This document shows, piece by piece, positions 34,117 through 36,621 of a DNA stretch of 36,621 bases. Position numbers and translations under genes: made by a program. The notes beneath the pieces are model-generated. The model searched no databases. It was not told where the DNA came from and was given only the letters and a program-made list of their open reading frames with translations. The DNA is taken from assembly GCF_001194135.2 (NCBI RefSeq), contig NC_068988.1, forward strand, positions 87,283,663 through 87,320,283. The letters are read 5' to 3'. The DNA is from Octopus bimaculoides. Taxonomy: Eukaryota. Position 1 is the stretch's first letter. Every line of letters starts with the position of its first letter.

Positions 34117-34518
34117 CACATATAAAAACACGTACATACATATATATGTACATACATTTATTTGGTCAAGATCAATGTTCATATATGATATTCAATGGAA
34201 GAACGGCTGTTGACCAAGCAATGAATATGAGTATTAACAGCCTATCTATTTCCCTTATCTGCAATGACAAAATGCTAAAAGTATCTCAGAATTCAGGACA
34301 GCATTGTATGTGTTGGCGCTGATGATTATGATAGAGGACACCCTGTGGAGCCAAATGGGTTATCTTCAATTTGATTTTCATGTCTATCCTCACATATGTG
34401 GTCTTAGGTTCAATCCCACCATGGGGTACCTTGGGCAAGTGCCTTCCACTAAAATACTGGGCTGACCAATGCTTTGTGAGAGGATTTGGTGGACAAAAAC
34501 TCAAAAAAGCCTATTGCG

Positions 34519-34562
<44 letters not shown>

Positions 34563-34737
34563 NNNNNNNNNNGTGTGTGTGTGTGTGTGTGTGTGCATGC
34601 ATACATACATACATACATACATTAGTGGGAAGCATCTGGTCACCACAGATGACTTCCTGCAGAATGAAATCACATGACATGAGATTTCTGGTGCCTATGA
34701 TAGATGATTCTAGTCTGTTAGAAACTGTGCCCTTTTA

Positions 34738-35783
34738 AGCACCAAGTGCCACGACTATCATTTCACTTAGTTTGACAGATACTTACAAGCACAGCATATC
34801 GCCCAACGACTGAAGGATGCTTTTAATGGGCCAGTCACATGACACTGGCATCACCCATGACTATGATCTCACTTGGCTTGACATCGCTGCCTCCATGAGG
34901 CCCAATGCTCAAACGGTGCTCTTTATGTACCACTGGCACAGGTGCCAATCAGACAGCACTGGCATTGGCCATAACTACAATTTCACTCAGGTCCAGTTAC
35001 ACAACACTGGCATCAGCCACAACTACGATCTCACTTGACTTGATGGGTCTTCTCAAGCATGGCATATCTCCAAAGGTCTCAGTCACTTGTCATTGCTTCT
35101 GTGAGGCCCAACATTCAAAGACTGCGCTTCACCACCTCATCCCATGTCTTCCTTGGTCTACCTCTTCCACCGTTAGAGTGCAACACTTCTTCACACAACT
35201 ATCCTCATCCTCACGCATCAAATGACCATACCAGTGCAGACGTCTCTCTTGCACACCACATATGAGGCTTCTTATGTCCAACTTGTCTCTCAGGACGCAT
35301 GCACACTGACATTACACATCCAGTGGAGTATATTAGCTTCATTTCGTACAAGCCTACGCATGCCCTCAGCAGTCACACCCCATGTTTTACTGTTGTGTAG
35401 CGTGGTTGTACGCACACAGATATCATACAGTCTGCCTTTCATTCTGAGCGAGAGGCTCTATGTTACCAGCAGAGGTAGGAGCTCTCTGAATTTTGCCTAT
35501 TCCTATTCTAGCAGCTATGTTCGCAGAGCATGCACATCTGCTACTAACTTGGTCACCTAGGTAATGGAAACTATTGACTACTTCTAGTTTTTCCCTTTGG
35601 CATGTGATGAAATATATTTTCTGTATAATTTTGATGTTTATTGTACCTGTGCACCTTCTACACACAAAAACTATCTCCCCTGTTAACTTTCCTCTGATAT
35701 TGCTGCACCTTTTATGTGTCCATAGTTTACACTGGGTACATCTTCTGGAGTTTCTACCTATGCCTTTTCTACAGATTGAACCA
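34738..35783 (-). mobile_element. 5'-truncated RTE-like LINE with a PHD-like zinc finger in ORF2
   Basis: CRKGIGRNSRRCTQCKLWTHKRC...FVCRRC, then LEVVNSFHYLGD; decayed C-terminus and repeat-rich 3' UTR. Confidence 0.85.
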
Positions 35784-36122
35784 TTTGGTTGGGAAGCAAG
35801 CTTCTTACCACACAGCCATGCACACACACACATATATATTATACATACATACAGATATACATACATATATGTGTGTGTGTGTGTGTGCTTGTATTTGTCC
35901 TCTATCACTACTTGACAACTAGTGGTGGTTTATCTATGTCCCTGTTAATTAGTGATTCAGCCAAAGGAGGTCAAGAGAATAAATATAGGACTTAAAAATA
36001 ATTAGTGGATCAATTTCTCTTACTAAACCCTCCAAGGTGGTGCTCCAGCATGGCTGCGGTCATGAAACAAGTAAAAGATAAAAGATAATATCTCACACAT
36101 ACCTAATTAAAGAGTAATCACG

Positions 36123-36185
<63 letters not shown>

Positions 36186-36269
36186 TTATCTATCTGTCTG
36201 TCTGTCTGTCTGTCTGTCTATCAATTTATCTGTCTATCTATCTATCTATCTATCTATCTTTTTTTTTCT

Positions 36270-36428
36270 TTGATCCCTTTTGATCGAACTCCCCCCTTTT
36301 TTCCTTCCTACAATCCCTTTTGATTGACACCCCTCCTACTTTTTTTTCCCTACCCCCTCCCAAAAAGAAAAGCTCTACATTGTATTTGTCCCATCTTTGT
36401 TGAGCCCTGTGTGGCTAATAAAAGAAAT
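36270..36428 (+). mobile_element. 5'-truncated LINE 3' UTR (probably Tx1-like) within (TATC)n
   Basis: Pyrimidine-rich UTR ending tttgtcccatctttgttgagccctgtgtggctAATAAAagaaat, with TATC arrays on both sides. Confidence 0.6.
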
Positions 36429-36621
36429 GGATGTATGTATCTATCTATCTATCCATCCATCCACCTATCTATCTATCTGTCTGTCTGTCTGTCTGTCTGT
36501 CTGTTTATCAATTTATCTATCTATCTATCTATCTATCTATCATTCCATCTATCCACCTATCTATCCATCCATCCATCCACCTGGCACTTTGCTCGACTGT
36601 TTGGGACGAATGGCGAGCGAG

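Overview
Animal intronic/intergenic DNA from a gapped draft assembly: AT-rich, about 12 N-gaps, dense in CA, TA, TATG, AAT, CAT and TATC microsatellites. The repeat families look like those of octopus; this is inferred from recognised repeats, not from a database search. Only one host gene is well supported: a + strand first coding exon (ATG 14004, donor CAG|GTAAGT after 14913) encoding a CABIT-domain (GAREM/THEMIS-like) protein, with two weak candidate downstream exons. The rest is transposon debris: a Hero-type RLE retrotransposon end, a dispersed Tx1/L1-clade LINE, four R4/Dong-type fragments stacked in (TAA)n arrays, RTE LINE pieces, Tc1/mariner remnants, piggyBac-like MITEs, several tRNA-derived SINE families with swapped modules, and a 5S rRNA pseudogene. 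The most unusual signals are RNA-structural. Hammerhead-ribozyme-like motifs occur in four unrelated repeats, including a ~240-bp fold-back whose two decayed arms together reconstruct a minimal hammerhead, and a non-canonically ordered hammerhead-like motif in the Hero 3' UTR. All alignments and counts were done by eye.
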